Positions 61,286 to 64,000 of a DNA stretch of 64,000 bases are shown piece by piece. A model generated the notes under the pieces. That model searched no databases, was not told where the DNA came from, and saw only the letters and a program-made list of their open reading frames with translations. The stretch is taken from NCBI RefSeq assembly GCF_032191835.1, contig NC_083228.1, forward strand, positions 91,574,001-91,638,000, given 5' to 3'. This stretch comes from Heteronotia binoei. Lineage: Eukaryota. A program made the position numbers and the translations under genes. How positions within the stretch are numbered: position 1 is the stretch's first letter; every line of letters begins with the position of its first letter.

Positions 61286-63750
61286 TTGGTTATTTTTTTT
61301 TCTCAAAAGAAAGAGATTATGAACCAAGAGTAGCTCTAGACTAGAGCATGGGAACTATCCTTGCAGTCATATAGGGAACAAGCCCTCCCCTTTCTTTGTA
61401 AACTGAAACCAAACACCATCACCAAAGCTAAGAGCCGAGCACCACTGCATCTACTTGGAAGCATCTCCTTCTGTCATGGAACAACACTTGCTTTGGATCT
61501 TACCAGTATTTTATGATTGGCACAGTCCATTGCACCCATTTTGTGCCCTGGACAGTCCATTAAACTTTGTGTGGGTGGTTCTATATGAAAAAGTGCACAA
61601 TGATAAAGAAGCCATGTTAACATTTTTAGAATGTTATAGGTTCAGGTGGGAGGGAAACTATGCCAGACTTCATTTAGCCAGTAACCTCTTTGTGCATTAT
61701 GTGCTTAGAAAATTTATATTTCACTTGTCGAATTGAACTACCTAACAAACCACTGATACATTACAGTAAAATACTAAATTGTACAGTGATCTGCAAGCAA
61801 AGTAAGTAGCAACAGCTATCATCAATGACACTTCTGGATTTTTTTAAAAAACACTGTTCCATCAGCAATTTGTTCAAGAAAATTCAACTAAAACAGGACT
61901 CAAACAACCATCTCCCATGCACGCTTTTGAAATGCAGTAGTGTTTTTTCTTTTATTTTTTAAAAAAAACCCAGTATTGCAACATTTAGCAAGGACAACCT
62001 TCCATTTCTGATAAAAGTCACACCTAGGACACTAGAGGTAGAAGCAGGAGACTTAATCATACCCTTCCCCCCAACTCCAGTTATGTACCCACTGAGGACC
62101 CTGGCAAATGCCCAGCCATGCAAACCACTGTTGTCAGGTCTGAATGTATTTTAGGATACACAATCAGTTTATGTATGATCACAATAAAGTCCAGTATGCC
62201 TGGCCAGTGCACCATGTTAAGTTGTGTGTAGACATTGAGATTTTCTTGACAGACTGCCATGCAAAAGAAGCCCTTGGATAATGAGATTTCTGAATACATG
62301 TGCTGGGGAAAACAAAGGGCTTTAAGCAGGTTAAATTTTCTAAAACTTTATATAATAAAAGTTTGTATGTCTCCCAATATATAACTAATCTAGCTTTAGA
62401 AGTAATGCTCATCACAGCTATGGTTTTGTTGACTTCCTGGTTAATCTTATTCTGGAATGTTTCTGCAAGGGAAATACATATTTCGTAACAACCCATTTCA
62501 AAAATGAATCCAAGAGAGATTTGACATTCCTATTAAACCTTCCATACCAAGATTTTTTTAAGGACAAACTGCCCTCTGGTTCAGATTTTAAGGTTAAAGG
62601 GAGAGATGTGATTTCCTGGAATTTCAAATCAAATTTATATCACATTACAGCGAGTCAAAACCATGGCAGCATTGCTAGCTAATCACATCAATCTCCTAGT
62701 CAACACAGTAAGAATAGCTAGTGTATCAATTCAGCGATACCATGAAGGTGACAACACACACGTGAAACTGCTCCACCTGCAAAGAGTTACCAGTGGCTTT
62801 CAGCAGAAGGAACCAGAAATGTGCATGCTCATCCCAGCTCTCCTCAAAATCAAGTTTGGACAACCAAAACTATTTGCAGTTAAATCTGCAGATATTTTTG
62901 CTTGGAAATCAGCTCAACCTGCACACAACACACTTGGAACACTAAACCAGGTATGCCATAACATTCTAGATCTCCTTCCATACACACATGCACAAATTCC
63001 TCATTTCTTCTTGCACTCCATGCTACCTTTTCCCTATGGATAAGGAGCAAGAGTAGACAATAGGATGCAACTAAGGAAACATTCTTGCTGACGTCCTCTC
63101 CATTCTTCTTCTGTCTCCTCTTCTCTGCCCTCCCTTGGATGTATACTATCCTTTGTGCCTGATACGTACTGGGTACATAATGGGACTACAGTTTACACAA
63201 TGCCTTATATCTCTCGATGCCTTATATCTCTCGATGAGGATCTTCATCTTTGCAGGGAGCTTATATTCATTCCTGGCTACTTTTCTTAGTATCTTTCCTT
63301 GTCCCTAACCAGGGTAATGGAGACCAATAGCAAGGGTGCAGAAACCTCATTACATGATAGGCAGGATACTTGGGACAAATTGTTGGAAAGGCTTTGACAG
63401 ATGCAACTCAATATCTGCTTTTCTATCCCTGTGTACACTGTTAATATGTTGCTAGGTTCTGCCTCCCATAAGTCTCCCTGAAACTGTACTTTATTCCTTG
63501 TGCACAAGATGCAAACCTACAAGAGGACTCTACACTGTTTAACATACACTGTAGTATGTTAAACCAATATATAGCACACAAAGCATATTTATATACATAA
63601 AAGATGTCTACATTTTGCTAATATTCTCAAATGTTATGCCTCAACTCAACCCCCACCCCAAGACTGAGAAGGATCTTTAAACTGATGATAGAGAATATCT
63701 CACACACTTACTTTCAATGTAGTCTTTTCCATGAGCTATAATATTCTTAC

Positions 63751-63915
63751 CTCAAAATCAATTAGCTGCAAGTCAGCTACTAGGGTGCTAAGAAGACCAC
63801 TGTTGTACAGTTCTTGAGCTAGCTGGGCCACAGCTTCTGTCTGGGGCTCCTTTTCATTTGTGCCATATAAGATTTCTTTCATGGCAACTAGATTTTTTGA
63901 AACTTCTTCGGTAGC
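63751..63915 (-). CDS. CAB39: CAB39 coding exon (ATEEVSK...IDFE), most 5' exon in the window
   Basis: [55 protein letters not shown]. 165 nt, cag/gtaaga boundaries. Confidence 0.98.
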
Positions 63916-64000
63916 CTGAATGGGGAAAGACAAAGTATTCATAATTATTTCCAAGAAATAAAATCACTATAATGACCATTATATTTTATTCCTAACCAAA

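Overview
Vertebrate genomic DNA. The repeat content (Sauria-like, Squam3-like and 5S-derived SINEs, L2, CR1, Penelope, hAT MITEs) points to a squamate, probably a gecko; this is inference. Two genes lie in tandem on the minus strand. CAB39 (MO25-alpha) has seven coding exons between 63915 and the stop at 42597, followed by an AT-rich 3'UTR; its 5' exons lie beyond the right edge. ITM2C (BRI3) has a CpG-island promoter near 28.3 kb and four coding exons down to 5312; I did not find the last exons, which probably lie beyond the left edge. All exon boundaries were read by hand, are GT-AG and keep the frame. The CAB39-ITM2C adjacency matches mammalian synteny. Introns and the intergenic region are mostly transposon relics, including two L2 copies with long RT ORFs. 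Most interesting non-genic signals: Penelope fragments carrying minimal hammerhead-ribozyme motifs (one folded back on itself), a perfect 73-bp inverted repeat around a ~1 kb spacer, a chimeric hAT/L2 ORF, an apparently eroded miR-451 site in the CAB39 3'UTR, a covarying LINE/SINE 3' RNA structure, and several template-switch-like scars. I found no clearly novel protein-coding system. No database search or folding calculation was run.
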